DNA of 64,000 nucleotides from Eledone cirrhosa (GCA_964016885.1 OZ024743.1:251658001-251722000); one strand, 5' to 3'; counted from the first letter of the stretch, positions 25,685 through 40,300 are shown. Notes: generated by a model from the letters alone, not told the origin. Numbers and translations are program-made.

Positions 25685-25738
25685 TATATATATATATATA
25701 TATGTATGTATATGTATATATATATGTTTATATGTGTA

Positions 25739-25769
<31 letters not shown>

Positions 25770-25809
25770 ATGTGTTTATATGCGTATATATATATATCAT
25801 CATCATCAT

Positions 25810-25892
<83 letters not shown>

Positions 25893-26079
25893 TGTGTATG
25901 TATACATGTGTGTATATATATATATATGTATATATATATTCACATAATGTCATGTTAAATATTAAGCAGCACTAAAGACCTTTGTTGATAGGATACAAAT
26001 ATAGAGCAATGAATATGTATGCATAATAAGTCTTATATATAAGTTGTCTAGGTGTTCAATTCTGATTATATATAATATG

Positions 26080-26110
<31 letters not shown>

Positions 26111-26689
26111 CTGGTCACCATTTGTCATCTGAAATGTCCCATTAATAATTATACCCTCCCCTCTCCTACACACAAACATATTTATACCCCCACCCCTGAA
26201 GTATAACAATATATGTATATATATTGGCCACTGTGTTGAGAGCTGAGAAATTGAACTTAGTACACTCCCAGAATATTGTTTAAATATATATACTCTTTTA
26301 CCTGTTGCAGCAATCCGGCTGAGGCCATGCTGGGACACTGTATATATATTGTTATAATTTGCAAGGGTTATGCTGCCAATAAACACACACGCACCTGTTG
26401 GTTTTCACTTCAATTTTTTACAAATTTCCTGTTGGTTTGTTTAATAACCAGATGGCTTTTTATCTATTGTCAAATCTCTTTCATCACACATTCTGTGACC
26501 TTCCCAGTGACTAATATATTGTTTTGTGTCGCATCTTTGTTCTGTCCTACACCATCTTTAAAAAGAAGAATAAAGAAATGAATGAGGAATTTCAATGGGA
26601 AAGGAATGGTTTTCAGCAAAATATTACTGAGTGACTTCATTATGAAGAAACAAATAACGTTTTCCAACTGCTTGACATTTTCCCAAACA

Positions 26690-27156
26690 GTTTGGATTTT
26701 TGCCCTGATGGCGATATTAAGTCCTCTGTTGATGCTCTAAAAGTTGTGAATGACACTACTGAGCAAGGTATTTATCACATAAAGAGATTTAATGATTCTA
26801 CAAAAGATGCAAATCAGAAACAGTTCCTCCTCAAAATTGTTGCAGGGCACCGGAAACAAGTGCTCCAGCGGAGAATGGGGGCCTTTTCCAGTTATAAATT
26901 TTATTCATAAAATGTCTCTCTCTCATTAACCCTAATCTCATTAGGTTTTTCATTTTTTTCTATTTCATTGGCTTCAGAACAGAAAGGATAATATACTGCA
27001 AGCCAGATCCAAAAAATCCTCATTTGAAAGTGTGCAACCTCTAAATATAATTTGAGTGACATATAATACAACATAGTTTGTTATTTTATTAATTCAAACC
27101 TGGGCATAATCAATATGAGATGATTGCCGGATAGTTTGCGAAATGGAACTCCCTAA
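26690..27156 (+). mobile_element. 3' remnant of a hAT-like (probably hATm-type) DNA transposon
   Basis: LKVVNDTTEQGI..IKRFNDSTKDANQKQFLLKIVAGHRK resembles the VVND.AERG...TKDE.QKQFLLQVV..HRK transposase C-terminus. The segment ends in GGAACTCCCTAA, a possible TAGGG-type TIR. Confidence 0.55.
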
Positions 27157-27377
27157 TATTACATATATATTTTTTTTCACAGTAGAAAGGCATAACTTGT
27201 CTCTACCTGTCTTGTTATGCCCTAATGTGCAAACCTTAATGCACCGAAGCCATGGTGATTTTTCCTGGAATTAACTGAGAGGATACAATTGTCTATTGTT
27301 TTTACCATTGTGTATGTCTCAAGCGCCTCTATTTTAAATTCGCTTTCTAAAGTCTTAGTCATGTGGGATGTTTTGGA

Positions 27378-27482
<105 letters not shown>

Positions 27483-27603
27483 TTATTCCGGATTCAATCG
27501 GGGTAACCACAGTAAGTAAGGTACTCAAGACATAGCAGAGTATAAATGTTTTAATCTAGTCCTGTAGAAGCTTTTCTATATTAAAATATATATATATCTT
27601 TGG

Positions 27604-28034
27604 CGCTACACAGTAATACAGAAGACCCGCCTTGCCTAAGTACAAAGCGAAACCTACAGTCAGTAGGCACCTCTTAACAAAAATATACCCCCGTCCCACT
27701 ACTCCCACCCCATCCACTTCGATGTAAAGTTATGCTGGTACCACAACATCCAGTCCGAAATAAATGAAGTCGTGTAGGTGTCACGACAAAAAAACACACA
27801 CACACACACACAGTCCACGCTGTAATGTGGCCGTGTAGGTAACACGGTAAAAACCTCCCAGTCCACACTGTAAACGTGGTTGGTGTTAGGAAGGGCATCC
27901 CGCCGTAGAAAACCCGCCAGACAGTCCTATACGAGCAAGACAACCAATCTTGCCTCAAGTGGGAAAATTCCCGTCCAAACCCATGCAAGCGTGGAAGATT
28001 GACGTTAAACGATGATGATGATGATGTTGATGAT
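27604..28034 (+). mobile_element. 5'-truncated copy of the RTE LINE 3' end
   Basis: High similarity to the reverse complement of 19031-19435, ending GACGTTAAAC(GAT)n. Confidence 0.9.
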
Positions 28035-28060
28035 ATATATATATGTAGAGGTTATATTTA

Positions 28061-28243
28061 ATTTGTTGGGATTCAACAAGCTTAACAATTTCATACACTG
28101 CTCTATCCAAAAATTGCTCACTTTGCGTTGAAGAAATATTCTTTATACTAAAAAGTAAGAACTCTATTAATTTGCGAAATAATTTATTTAGTTCTTGTAA
28201 ACATCGTTTAAACTCAACTTTTAAATATATATATAAAATGTAA
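28061..28243 (+). pseudogene. Penelope-like element 4: C-terminal fragment of GIY-YIG/CCHH (not in the ORF track)
   Basis: Reads ICWDSTSLTISYTALSKNCSLCVEEIFFILKSKNSINLRNNLFSSCKHRLNSTFKY, matching the C-termini of PLE1 and PLE2. An AT-rich 3' UTR follows to ~29820. Confidence 0.8.
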
Positions 28244-28549
28244 TATATGGTTAATCTCCTTTACATAATGTTTTCTATATCTATATATGATTCATATATA
28301 TTTAATTTACTTTCTATTATCTCTACCTCATATATATACTTTATATTATTACACCTATCAATAGATTATAAACTTTTTTTATATGACTGCTTGAAACTCT
28401 TTTAAGAAAAATTTTTCTTGAAAAACTTACGGAAGGTTTTAGAAAATTCTTTGAAAGTTCCTTTGAAAGATATAGAAAAACCATTATTTTCATATCTTCC
28501 AATATGTTTATATCTTCAAACGTTTTTAATATATGTATCCAAATATTTA

Positions 28550-28800
28550 TATATATGTGGAATAACATATGATTTTTATATATAGGTTTTTTTATATATA
28601 TGTGGAATAACTTATGGTTTATGTTTTAACTATATTCTTAAGATACATTTTTAAAACTTTATAGCAAGTATGACTTCTTATAAAATAACCTATGGTTTAT
28701 GTTTTAATTATATTCTTAAGATAAATTTATGACTTCGTATAAAATAACATATGGTTTATGTTTTAATTATATTCTTAAGATAACATTTTTAACTTTATAA
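28550..28800 (+). repeat. Short tandem repeats in the PLE4 3' UTR
   Basis: AATAAC(A/T/C)TATGGTTTATGTTTTAA(C/T)TATATTCTTAAGATA three times, plus a partial fourth. Confidence 0.7.
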
Positions 28801-29713
28801 CATTTAATCCTTGGAATCATTTGAGATCTTAAAAAATTACTTCTAACTTCCTTTAAACTTCCTTACTGTTTTTATAATATAATTAAGTAGTTATTCCTTT
28901 GTAAACTCTCGTAAATTTTTCATAAATTTAGAATTATTTGGATGTTTAAATTTTGACTTATAACTATTAATAAATATAATTTTGCCAAACTTACTTTAAT
29001 AAAATAAACTATACTAGATTTTCTCTAATGTAAAATACTATATATTTATTTAAATAATTTATAATCCTTAACATACACATCTAAACCAATATATTATTAC
29101 TAATACATATTAATATAATATAAATACTTCTGTTTTAATTTTAATTTTAATTCTTAATTTTTAATTTTTAATTTTTAATTTTTAATTTTTAATTTTTAAT
29201 TTTTAATTATTAAATTAAATCTTTAATATTAAGGCAAATTTTAATTTTTAATTTTTAATTTTAATCTAAATTTTCAACCTATCATTATAAATATTATAAT
29301 CACAACGTAATGAACCCTACATTATAAATATTATTCTTCCACGTTAATCTTATTTCTTCTTTCACTTCTTCTTTCACTTAGATATATTTACGCTGTGTAT
29401 ATTTCTCCATTGAAACTTATTTCTTCATTCACTCTCTCTTCACTATCAGTATGTATAATCGTTCTTTCTTTCCTCTTCTCTTTTTCTCCTTTCTTTTTTT
29501 CTTTTTTTTTCTCTCTCCCTTACATATCATCTTCTTCCAACAGTTTAATTTAAATAAACCGTTATCTTTTCAGCCTTTAGGACACTCATTTGCATACTCA
29601 CTCATAACTTTGTATTACCCTCAATAAAGTATTATCTCCACTATCCAGGAAGCTCCAACCGTTAAGGTTGTCTTTTTCCGGGTATGTCAATATTTATTTA
29701 TAAAACAAATCTG

Positions 29714-29779
29714 TATTTTATCTGATGAAAGCGCACCATAATTTGCCTTGGTTGCCCTTGAAATATGTATAATAAAATA
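29714..29779 (+). ncRNA. Type I hammerhead ribozyme at the end of the PLE4 UTR
   Basis: TATTTTAT-CTGATGA-AAGCGCACCA..TGGTTGCCCTT-GAAA-TATGTA-TA-ATAAAATA. Stem I is a perfect 8 bp and stem II is imperfect. AATAAA overlaps and follows. Confidence 0.75.
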
Positions 29780-30145
29780 AATATGGTTTTATAAATATAG
29801 TTTCCATTTATTAATATATTGTATATATGTATATATATATGTATATATCATCATCATCATCATTTAACATCTGCTCTCACTGTGAATAAATGTTTGATGG
29901 GTCTTGAGTATGTAATGAAGCATGGCCACTGACCTCCAAGGTGGGCCAGGGTTTGCATCTCACTTATATATGGTCCCATGCACTACTGAGTGACTTTTTT
30001 TTTATCCTGGCACCGGCACCAGGGATGTTGTCATGTCTTAAACACAAGAGAAATGTCCTCCAAACCTTTTGTTTGGCAAGCTTTCTCTGGCTGGGTGACT
30101 TTCCTTTCACAAAACACTGTATGTACTGGGTGGTTTTCATCTAGA

Positions 30146-30235
<90 letters not shown>

Positions 30236-30607
30236 GTAATGATTTGAAACTACTGCAAAAAATCTTATCAGACAAATTATATATTTAGTTAATCTGGAGG
30301 CAGTAGTGTATAATTCTGTTCCTTGCATGAATCAGTTTCTATACGAAAGTATTTTTTCTCTCTTAATGGTTTTGCTCTGTTTGATTGTATGATTCTATTG
30401 AAATAGAATATTCTAGAAATGCTAATGAAGTATGTCAGGAAGATTATGTCAGGAAATAAATGCCATATGTTTGTTTTATATGATTGTACGGCATGTTTAT
30501 AAATAGGGCAGAAAATGTTGAAATAACTTAAGTGTATGGATTAGTTTAGTTTATAGTAACAGAACTTCAATTCCACATAAATAATAGTTATTTATCATAA
30601 TCTTCTG

Positions 30608-31380
30608 TTAACCATCTTGAGACCAAACTGCCTGGAAACACCCCTGGTTCTACAATATAAAACTATTTTAATGTGTTTATAGTTATCTCAAAGCCCTCTG
30701 TCATAATTTTTTGTAGAAATTCTTTGTTATATTCCAAACACCAACATGATTCTTTTGATACCAAACATCCTGGAACAACCCTGGTTCTACAATACAAAAG
30801 CATATAAGAAACTTTATGTTCCAAATACCAACTTAATGATTTTAATACCAAACCATCTGGAACAACCCTGTTTCTAAGATGCAAAACTGTATATTTTAAA
30901 TTATCTATATCTAAAATCATTCCATCATAATTTATATAAGAACCTTTATTGATTTATGTTCCAAGCACCAACTTCAAAATAAGGAAGTTAACTATTTTAT
31001 TAGATCTCTTTAAATTCTTGATCATTTTCAAAATTATCTGAAAACTATTGACAATGTCTTTCATTAAAAATATGGTTATGAAACAGTTGTCATAGATTTC
31101 ACTTTTATAATGTAACAATTGTCATACAATTAACCCTCTTAATACCAAACTGCCTGAAACTGCTCTGGATTTATGCTCTGGATTCATTTTAATATGTTTA
31201 TGCTTATTTTAAACCTTCCATCATAATTTTATATTATGAATTTCTGTTCCAAATATCAGCTATCTAATAAAAACTTAGTTATTTTATTAAATTCCTCAGA
31301 AATGTTGGTTATTCTAAAAATTATTTGAAACACATAGGCAGTGTATTTCATTAGAAATATTGTATAAAAAGGATTTACTT
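30608..31380 (+). repeat. Decayed interspersed repeat or MITE-like copies starting TTAACC, with internal tandem units
   Basis: ACCAAAC..CCTGGAA.A.CCCTGGTTCTACAATA at ~30622, 30760 and 30847, and again at ~31145. A related copy lies at ~34390-34620. Confidence 0.45.
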
Positions 31381-32059
31381 TTAAATTTGGAGATAACTAA
31401 TTTTTTGTTTCTTTATTAAACTGATGTTAACTAAATTTAAAGAAATATTCTTACATAAAAATATTATGGACAATAATAATATGAATAATGAGAATTTTCA
31501 TATCATAGAACAAGAATTGGTTTCATATTGTTTAGTATCAAAAATCTAACAACTCACAGCAAGATAAACTCCACATACACAAATACCTCTCAACTAGATG
31601 GTTATGTGGATGGGTTTAAAAAGACTCTGAGTGCCTATTTTCAATGTAACACCAGCCGACTAGTTAACATAATGATGTATTGGTAGTTTTTGTTCACTGA
31701 ACATTTTATTAGAAGCGAGAAGATCTAATTCATCAGTACTGTCTGTCTGTGCCACTACATGGAAGAGGCATGTTGCTGGTTGACATAGTCAAGGCATCCG
31801 ACTTGAAGAAAGTGAAATATGCAATGCTGCCAGAAATAGACTAGGATGAAGCACTGTTGCTGAGGCTGCCTCTCATTTTTTACACCAGCATGAAATGGAG
31901 CTGACTTAAAAAAAATAATAACTCACCGTTAAACTATTCATCAGGCCCCTCACTAGGTTTTGGATCTTAGAGGGCTTCAGAACAGTGAGCTGGTGAGTAG
32001 CATTTTTTCATACGGAATGAAATAATGCGACTGGCATAAATTCTATAAAATACACACAA

Positions 32060-32728
32060 TGCAGATCCTGGGTACACAGGAGATGTAGTGGGATAGCAGG
32101 CAAACTAACAGGTAGGGAGAAATACGTATGCAGTAGTACAGGGAAATTAGACAGTAGTAATCGCATTGATAGACACCTTTTTTCAAATGCAGGCGGGTGC
32201 TATAGAAGTGGTGGATAGCTTCCGGTACCTAGGAGATCAGATTAGCATGGGAGAGGGGTGTTCCAAGGCCATAGTATCTAGAATAAGGACGGGTTGGAAG
32301 AAGTTTAGGGAGCTGCTTCCTTTGCTGATGAAGAAAGGTTTCTCCCTGCGTACTAAAAGCCGGTTATATGATGCCTGTGTGAGGAGCACGATGCTGCATG
32401 GTAGTGAGACATGGGCAGCAACTGTGTCTGAGAGGGATAGAATGTAGTATGCAAGAGAGGAAACTGTGGTGGTATGGACATGTGATGCACATGGAGGATG
32501 ACTGATGGGTGAAGAAGTGCCAGGAAATGCCAGTTGAAGGAAGACGTGGTTAGGTAGACCACGAAAAACATGGGCAGAGGTGGTGAGAACAGACCTCAGA
32601 TCGCTGAAACTCACGGTGGAGATGACGAAGGACCATGACAAGTGGAGAGATGCTGTGCTGAATAAGACCCGTCCCACCCTTGCAAGCAGGGAAAAGCAGA
32701 TGTAAAATGATGATGATGATGATGATGA
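32060..32728 (+). pseudogene. RTE LINE 3' fragment with an internal deletion
   Basis: IEVVDSFRYLGDQIS..GCS..RIRTGWKKFRELLPLL..LYDACVRSTMLHGSETW, then GRPRKTW. Tail CCCACCCTTGCAAGCAGGGAAAAGCAGATGTAAAAT(GAT)n. Confidence 0.9.
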
Positions 32729-33764
32729 ATGTATTTCAGGATGTTTTTTTATAAACTCTATTTTCTAAATGTGAAGGTGTACAGTTAAAAAGTATGTGTT
32801 GGGAAGCATTGCCATACAGTGTTTCTCCTTCCCTGGGAACAGTCTCATTCCTCTTACACAAATATCCATCCTCTATAGGGATACACGAAAGCATATTCAA
32901 AGACCATGGGTGCCTGTTTTCAATGTAAAACCAGTTATGTAATAATAGCCAGTTAAACTCGTCATTAAACAGACATTCATAGATATGAATATAAACATAA
33001 CTCATTCACTGAAACATTTTGATACCAGATGGTGGATAAACATGATATGTTCATCAGAAAGATTAGGGAGTGAGTAATTAGGGAGAATTTGAGCTGCTGA
33101 AATGAAAATTAATCCATGCAAAACTGAAAGTTATATCTTTATGATTTCATCCCCAGAGGAAGATCTAAAGTGTGTCTGTCTGGTATATCAAGTACGTTTT
33201 AATTAATTTCTTGCTTCTTCATAACATATATGACAACTTAATGATTCTAGTTTTAAACATAATTCTTTGTAAATAGGGATGTAAAGCAGTTTTAAAGAGA
33301 TGGAACCACTATGAATATTAAAAAAATAAAGCTTCTTCTCACTCCCCAAATATGAGAACTAAAAACAGAAAAATTATTCATATAATGTAATTTATCGCTT
33401 AATCTTTGTGTTGATAAGGTGGTCAATTTTGCAAAGTTGTTAGAATGTCATATGGAATCATCATCATTATCATTTTATGTTTACTTTTCTATGCCTGTAT
33501 GTGTTGGACAAGTCTTTACAAACCAAGTCAGTACTTAATAAGAGATACCATCCTCCTTGAGAGTCTGGGCTCCCCCATCCTTCTCTAATACATTCCATTA
33601 TAGAATAGATTTTACAGCTGAATGTACTTCCTATTACCAACCACTTAACAGAGAGTACCGGGTGCATTTTATCAAGGGAATAATAGAATATTTTGCATTA
33701 TTTGTTTTCGTTCACTGTGCTCTGTGTTTCAACACTACTGCGGTCTACTTTTCTGTTTTGCCTT

Positions 33765-34050
33765 CACTTCCTCTCTGTCAACCTATCTTTGTCTGTCAAC
33801 CTGCCTTTCTATCTATTGACCTGTCTTTCTCTTTGTCGACCAGTCTGTCTCTCTGTTGGTTTTTCTTTCCCTCTCTTGGTTTGTCTTTCCCTCTGTCGAC
33901 CAGTCTTTCCCTCTGTTGGTTTCTCTTTCTCGCTGCCGACCAGTTTTTCCCTCTGCCAACCACTCTTTCTCTCTGCCAGCCTGTCTTTCTCTCTGCCAGC
34001 CTGTCTTTCCCTCTGTCAGCCTGTCTTTCTTCCTGTCATCCTGTCGTTCT
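33765..34050 (+). repeat. Degenerate ~20-bp pyrimidine-rich minisatellite
   Basis: Units resembling CTGTCTTTCTCTCTGCCAGC and CAGTCTTTCCCTCTGTCGAC. Confidence 0.7.
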
Positions 34051-34639
34051 GTCAGGAAAGTTTAGCTAGGCTGGTTATTTATTTTATCAAGCCCAAAGGA
34101 TAAAAGGCAAAGTTGACCTTGGTGTGATTTGATCTAGTGTTCCTAGAGCCAGAATAAATACCACAACATATTTCAATTGATGCTCTAATGACAGGTAGTG
34201 AGTGGTATTAGGTATAATAATTTGTGGTAGTGGGATCATTGTTGATGATGAAGGCACTTGATGTAGTTGATAACACCCAACAGAGGGATTGAAGCATCTG
34301 CATTGATAACAGCAGGAGTAAATTGAAAAACTATAACCCTTGAAGATAACTGCAGGTGGTCACTTCATTATCAGCAAACAATTGCATAATCTACCCTTTT
34401 TATACAAAATCATATAAAACCACCCCTGGTTTTATGATAGAAAACTGTTTGCTTTAAATGTTTATATTTATCTAAAAACCTTCCATCATAATTTTATATA
34501 AGAACCTTTATGTTTCAAACAGCAGCTAAGTAATGAAAAAGTTCAATCCTACCATATTCTCAGTTATATTCAAAATTATTTGAAAATCATAGGCAGTCTT
34601 ATTCATAAAAAATATACAATCATTATTATTGTTCTTCTT

Positions 34640-34760
34640 GTTCAAATTCTGCCGGAGACAACTTTGCCTTTCATCCTTATGGGGCTCAATAAAATAAAGT
34701 ACCAGTAATGCACTGGGGTAATTGTTGTCCTTGTGCCAAAAGTAGAAACAATTATTATTG
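34640..34760 (+). mobile_element. SINE family 2, 5'-truncated
   Basis: GTTCAAATTCTGCCGGAG..CTTTGCCTTTCATCCTTATGGGGCTCAATAAAATAAAGTACCAG...GTAGAAACAATTATTATT. Confidence 0.8.
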
Positions 34761-34767
34761 TTAAGCT

Positions 34768-35450
34768 ACAGGCCTTTGTGTTTACGACCGTCCATCTGTC
34801 ATGTCCTCTGATGAGGATAAAATCTATCTGACTAAAATGCTCCCCTGATCTATAGGTGATCAGGTGGTTGTCGGGTTTTTTGAAGTTTGTGTTAGATATC
34901 GACATGTCATTGGCGTCGCAGAATTCTAGAAGTCTGAATCTTTCTTCATTTCTTGTGCCAACCCCGTGGCCTCCATGGACTCTATTGAAGCCATCACAGT
35001 GTTTACCTACGTGTCCGTTAAAATCTCCTGCGATGATTAGGAAGTCATTGTCGTTTGTTAGAGCAGTAGTGTGCATTAGGGACTCGTAAAATCTATCCTT
35101 AAGTTCGTCTGGCAACCCCGATTGGGGTGCGTAGGCTGATATTATTGTGGTAATTGTTTTATTCAGGACTAGTCTGAGTTTAATGATTCTTGCATTTACC
35201 CTGTACACTGAGATTACTTTATCTACCCACTTGTCAGCTAGTAGTATACCTACACCACCCATCCCATCGTCATTTCCCACCCAGAAAAATTTGTAGCACT
35301 GACTTTTTCCTACAAGGACTGTAGCAGACTCTCCTCTCCATCTAGTCTCTTGCACACAGCATACATCAATTTCCTTTCGCTCTAGCATTTCTATGATTTC
35401 TCCTGCTCTTCCTTTCATTATGCTTACATTGATGGTACCAACTCAGAGTT
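34768..35450 (-). pseudogene. RTE LINE 5' fragment (APE endonuclease only)
   Basis: GTINV..MKGRAGEIIEMLERKEIDVCCVQETRW...SAYAPQ...GDFNGHVG...SQIDFIL, closely similar to the 22372 ORF. Truncated at the SINE junction. Confidence 0.9.
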
Positions 35451-35879
35451 TGGGGCATTTGTCGACACTCATAGGGAAGGGTCGATTTTTGCAGGGGTGT
35501 GTGTGTGCTTGTGCTTCCTCTCTCTGGATTGGGGCTTCACATGGGTGCTTGGTAGCTTGCGGATTCATATTCATTTCATCTATTAATTAAGAGTTGCTCC
35601 AATTTATTCTCAGCTAATCCATACATAACGGTAGGAAAATTCAGGGCCAGAAGAACAGTGGTGGTGGTAATAATGGCAGGGTATGTTGGGCTGGGACGGG
35701 GAGGAGAGAGTTAGGTAGTAGTAGTAGAAGAAATGGCATGCTGAGGTTTGATTGGTCGAATAGGCTATGGTGGTGGGAGGGAAATTGTGAGGTAGGCAGC
35801 CAGTCATGGCTATCAAAATAACCGATAGAAGTGAATACAGCATGGCAAAATAACTGATAGAAATGTATACAGCTACAAT

Positions 35880-36073
35880 AATAATTGTCTCTAATTAAGG
35901 CACAAGGCCAGTAATTATCCCAGTGCATTACTGGTACTTTATTTTATCGACCCCGTAAGGATGAAAGGCAAAGTCAACCTCGGCGGGATTTGAACTCAGA
36001 TCGTAAAGGGACGTAACTATGTTGGAAAGCATGGCGTCCGACCCTCTACTGATACTGCCAATCCACCGCCCTT
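35880..36073 (-). mobile_element. SINE family 2, full-length with target-site duplication
   Basis: Head GGCGGTGGATTGGCAG..GAGTTCAAATCCCGCC (B box), central GTTGACTTTGCCTTTCATCCTTACGGGGTCGATAAAATAAAGTACC, (ATT)n tail. TSD TACAGCTACAATAATAAT at 35868 and 36074. Confidence 0.85.
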
Positions 36074-36556
36074 TACAGCTACAATAATAATAATAGCCAG
36101 TCATGGCCTGTAGCCTTTGATGGAAAAATAGACAGATAGAGAGGCGGCATGGTAAGAGAAAATGAAGGTAACAAAATAAATGTGTTGTGGTAGCTAGCGA
36201 AGTGATAAATACAGCAATAGTTGCGAGCGGAACATTTGCAATTGGGGAAATAGGAATACCTGACAAGATTTGTATGGATGGATGGCTGGAACGTAGCTAA
36301 ACAACTCTAGTGATTCATTTTAGCCTTTCAGAGTAGAGTGTGTCTTATCTCTATAATAATTTCAAGATGAGTGAGGAGGAATGGGTGAAGAGGGAAAGGG
36401 AGGTAATAGGTGGCTTAGAGATAGATAGAGAGAGGGTAGCCATCATAGAGAGAGATAGAGAGAGGAAAAGATATGATCCCGACGGCAGAGCTCAAGCCGT
36501 TTCGACGGTTATTTCTGGACTAAATTAGAATTTATATATATATATATATATATATA

Positions 36557-37255
<699 letters not shown>

Positions 37256-37278
37256 ATGTACGAAATTGAGCGTGGAAA

Positions 37279-37374
<96 letters not shown>

Positions 37375-37375
<1 letters not shown>

Positions 37376-40300
37376 CCTTTCCACGCTCAATTTCGTACAT
37401 AGTCCAAACAAACATCCAATCTCGCAAAATCCGAAATCTGTATTTTTTGTTATCTATTTAAGGTTTAAATACGGTGTTTTTGTCGTATTGAACAGAACAA
37501 ATCTTGCAGTTTTGCTTTTTGTTAAATCGCTTGTTAAACATTCATAACCTTCTATCTTAATTCTATCGTATTCGTCCAATTCCTTAATTCTATCGTATTC
37601 TCAAACAAAAAACAAAATCCTTTCCCATTCTACTTATAAATTACTTTAAATATATATAGTATGCTACTTGAAAGTCAAAAATCCGCTCCACCCCTTCACC
37701 CTCCTTGCTACCCCACGAGGGGCTGCGGTCAGCCACAATATCTCTCCCCCTTCGCCCCCCCCCCCTCTCTTTCTTCCCCTCTATCTCTCTCTTAGCTACA
37801 CACACACACACACACATATATATATAAGATAAGTTCTCCTTCATGTTTATTTCACTTTCGCCAATCCACCACTGCTTCAATTATCTCTATGATGTACTCA
37901 TGTAAACCGAAAAGTACAAATTATTCTCTCCTTTCCACGCTCAATTTCGTACATAGTCCAAACAAACATCCAATCTCGCAAAATCCGAAATCTGTATTTT
38001 TTGTTATCTATTTAAGGTTTAAATACGGTGTTTTTGTCGTATTGAACAGAACAAATCTTGCAGTTTTGCTTTTTGTTAAATCGCTTGTTAAACATTCATA
38101 ACCTTCTATCTTAATTCTATCGTATTCGTCCAATTCCTTAATTCTATCGTATTCTCAAACAAAAAACAAAATCCTTTCCCATTCTACTTATAAATTACTT
38201 TAAATATATATAGTATGCTACTTGAAAGTCAAAAATCCGCTCCACCCCTTCACCCTCCTTGCTACCCCACGAGGGGCTGCGGTCAGCCACAATATCTCTC
38301 CCCCTTCGCCCCCCCCTCTCTTTCTTCCCCTCTATCTCTCTCTTAGCTACACACACACACACACACATATATATATAAGATAAGTTCTCCTTCATGTTTA
38401 TTTCACTTTCGCCAATCCACCACTGCTTCAATTATCTCTATGATGTACTCATGTAAACCGTAAAGTACAAATTATTCTCTCCTTTCCACGCTCAATTTCG
38501 TACATAGTCCAAACAAACATCCAATCTCGCAAAATCCGAAATCTGTATTTTTTGTTATCTATTTAAGGTTTAAATACGGTGTTTTTGTCGTATTGAACAG
38601 AACAAATCTTGCAGTTTTGCTTTTTGTTAAATCGCTTGTTAAACATTCATAACCTTCTATCTTAATTCTATCGTATTCGTCCAATTCCTTAATTCTATCG
38701 TATTCTCAAACAAAAAACAAAATCCTTTCCCATTCTACTTATAAATTACTTTAAATATATATAGTATGCTACTTGAAAGTCAAAAATCCGCTCCACCCCT
38801 TCACCCTCCTTGCTACCCCACGAGGGGCTGCGGTCAGCCACAATATCTCTCCCCCTTCGCCCCCCCCCCTCTCTTTCTTCCCCTCTATCTCTCTCTTAGC
38901 TACACACACACACACACACATATATATATAAGATAAGTTCTCCTTCATGTTTATTTCACTTTCGCCAATCCACCACTGCTTCAATTATCTCTATGATGTA
39001 CTCATGTAAACCGTAAAGTACAAATTATTCTCTCCTTTCCACGCTCAATTTCGTACATAGTCCAAACAAACATCCAATCTCGCAAAATCCGAAATCTGTA
39101 TTTTTTGTTATCTATTTAAGGTTTAAATACGGTGTTTTTGTCGTATTGAACAGAACAAATCTTGCAGTTTTGCTTTTTGTTAAATCGCTTGTTAAACATT
39201 CATAACCTTCTATCTTAATTCTATCGTATTCGTCCAATTCCTTAATTCTATCGTATTCTCAAACAAAAAACAAAATCCTTTCCCATTCTACTTATAAATT
39301 ACTTTAAATATATATAGTATGCTACTTGAAAGTCAAAAATCCGCTCCACCCCTTCACCCTCCTTGCTACCCCACGAGGGGCTGCGGTCAGCCACAATATC
39401 TCTCCCCCTTCGCCCCCCCCCCTCTCTTTCTTCCCCTCTATCTCTCTCTTAGCTACACACACACACACACACATATATATATAAGATAAGTTCTCCTTCA
39501 TGTTTATTTCACTTTCGCCAATCCACCACTGCTTCAATTATCTCTATGATGTACTCATGTAAACCGAAAAGTACAAATTATTCTCTCCTTTCCACGCTCA
39601 ATTTCGTACATAGTCCAAACAAACATCCAATCTCGCAAAATCCGAAATCTGTATTTTTTGTTATCTATTTAAGGTTTAAATACGGTGTTTTTGTCGTATT
39701 GAACAGAACAAATCTTGCAGTTTTGCTTTTTGTTAAATCGCTTGTTAAACATTCATAACCTTCTATCTTAATTCTATCGTATTCGTCCAATTCCTTAATT
39801 CTATCGTATTCTCAAACAAAAAACAAAATCCTTTCCCATTCTACTTATAAATTACTTTAAATATATATAGTATGCTACTTGAAAGTCAAAAATCCGCTCC
39901 ACCCCTTCACCCTCCTTGCTACCCCACGAGGGGCTGCGGTCAGCCACAATATCTCTCCCCCTTCGCCCCCCCCTCTCTTTCTTCCCCTCTATCTCTCTCT
40001 TAGCTACACACACACACACACACATATATATATAAGATAAGTTCTCCTTCATGTTTATTTCACTTTCGCCAATCCACCACTGCTTCAATTATCTCTATGA
40101 TGTACTCATGTAAACCGTAAAGTACAAATTATTCTCTCCTTTCCACGCTCAATTTCGTACATAGTCCAAACAAACATCCAATCTCGCAAAATCCGAAATC
40201 TGTATTTTTTGTTATCTATTTAAGGTTTAAATACGGTGTTTTTGTCGTATTGAACAGAACAAATCTTGCAGTTTTGCTTTTTGTTAAATCGCTTGTTAAA

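Noticed and set aside
27215-27262. CTAATG-TGCA..TGCACC-GAAG-CCATGG as a hammerhead
   Set aside because: Both core boxes are mutated, so it cannot be supported.
31640-31915. Very old LINE 3' end (AARNRLG*-like remnant and A-tail)
   Set aside because: Similarity is too weak to call without an alignment.
32736-33005. 89-aa minus-strand ORF as a host exon or transposase fragment
   Set aside because: No recognisable motif or splice context.
37700-37740. HDV-like ribozyme in the GC-rich part of the monomer (GGCTGACCGCAGCCCCTCGTGGGGTAGC, minus strand)
   Set aside because: Small hairpins are present, but I could not assemble P2/P4 and the catalytic C of the nested double pseudoknot.
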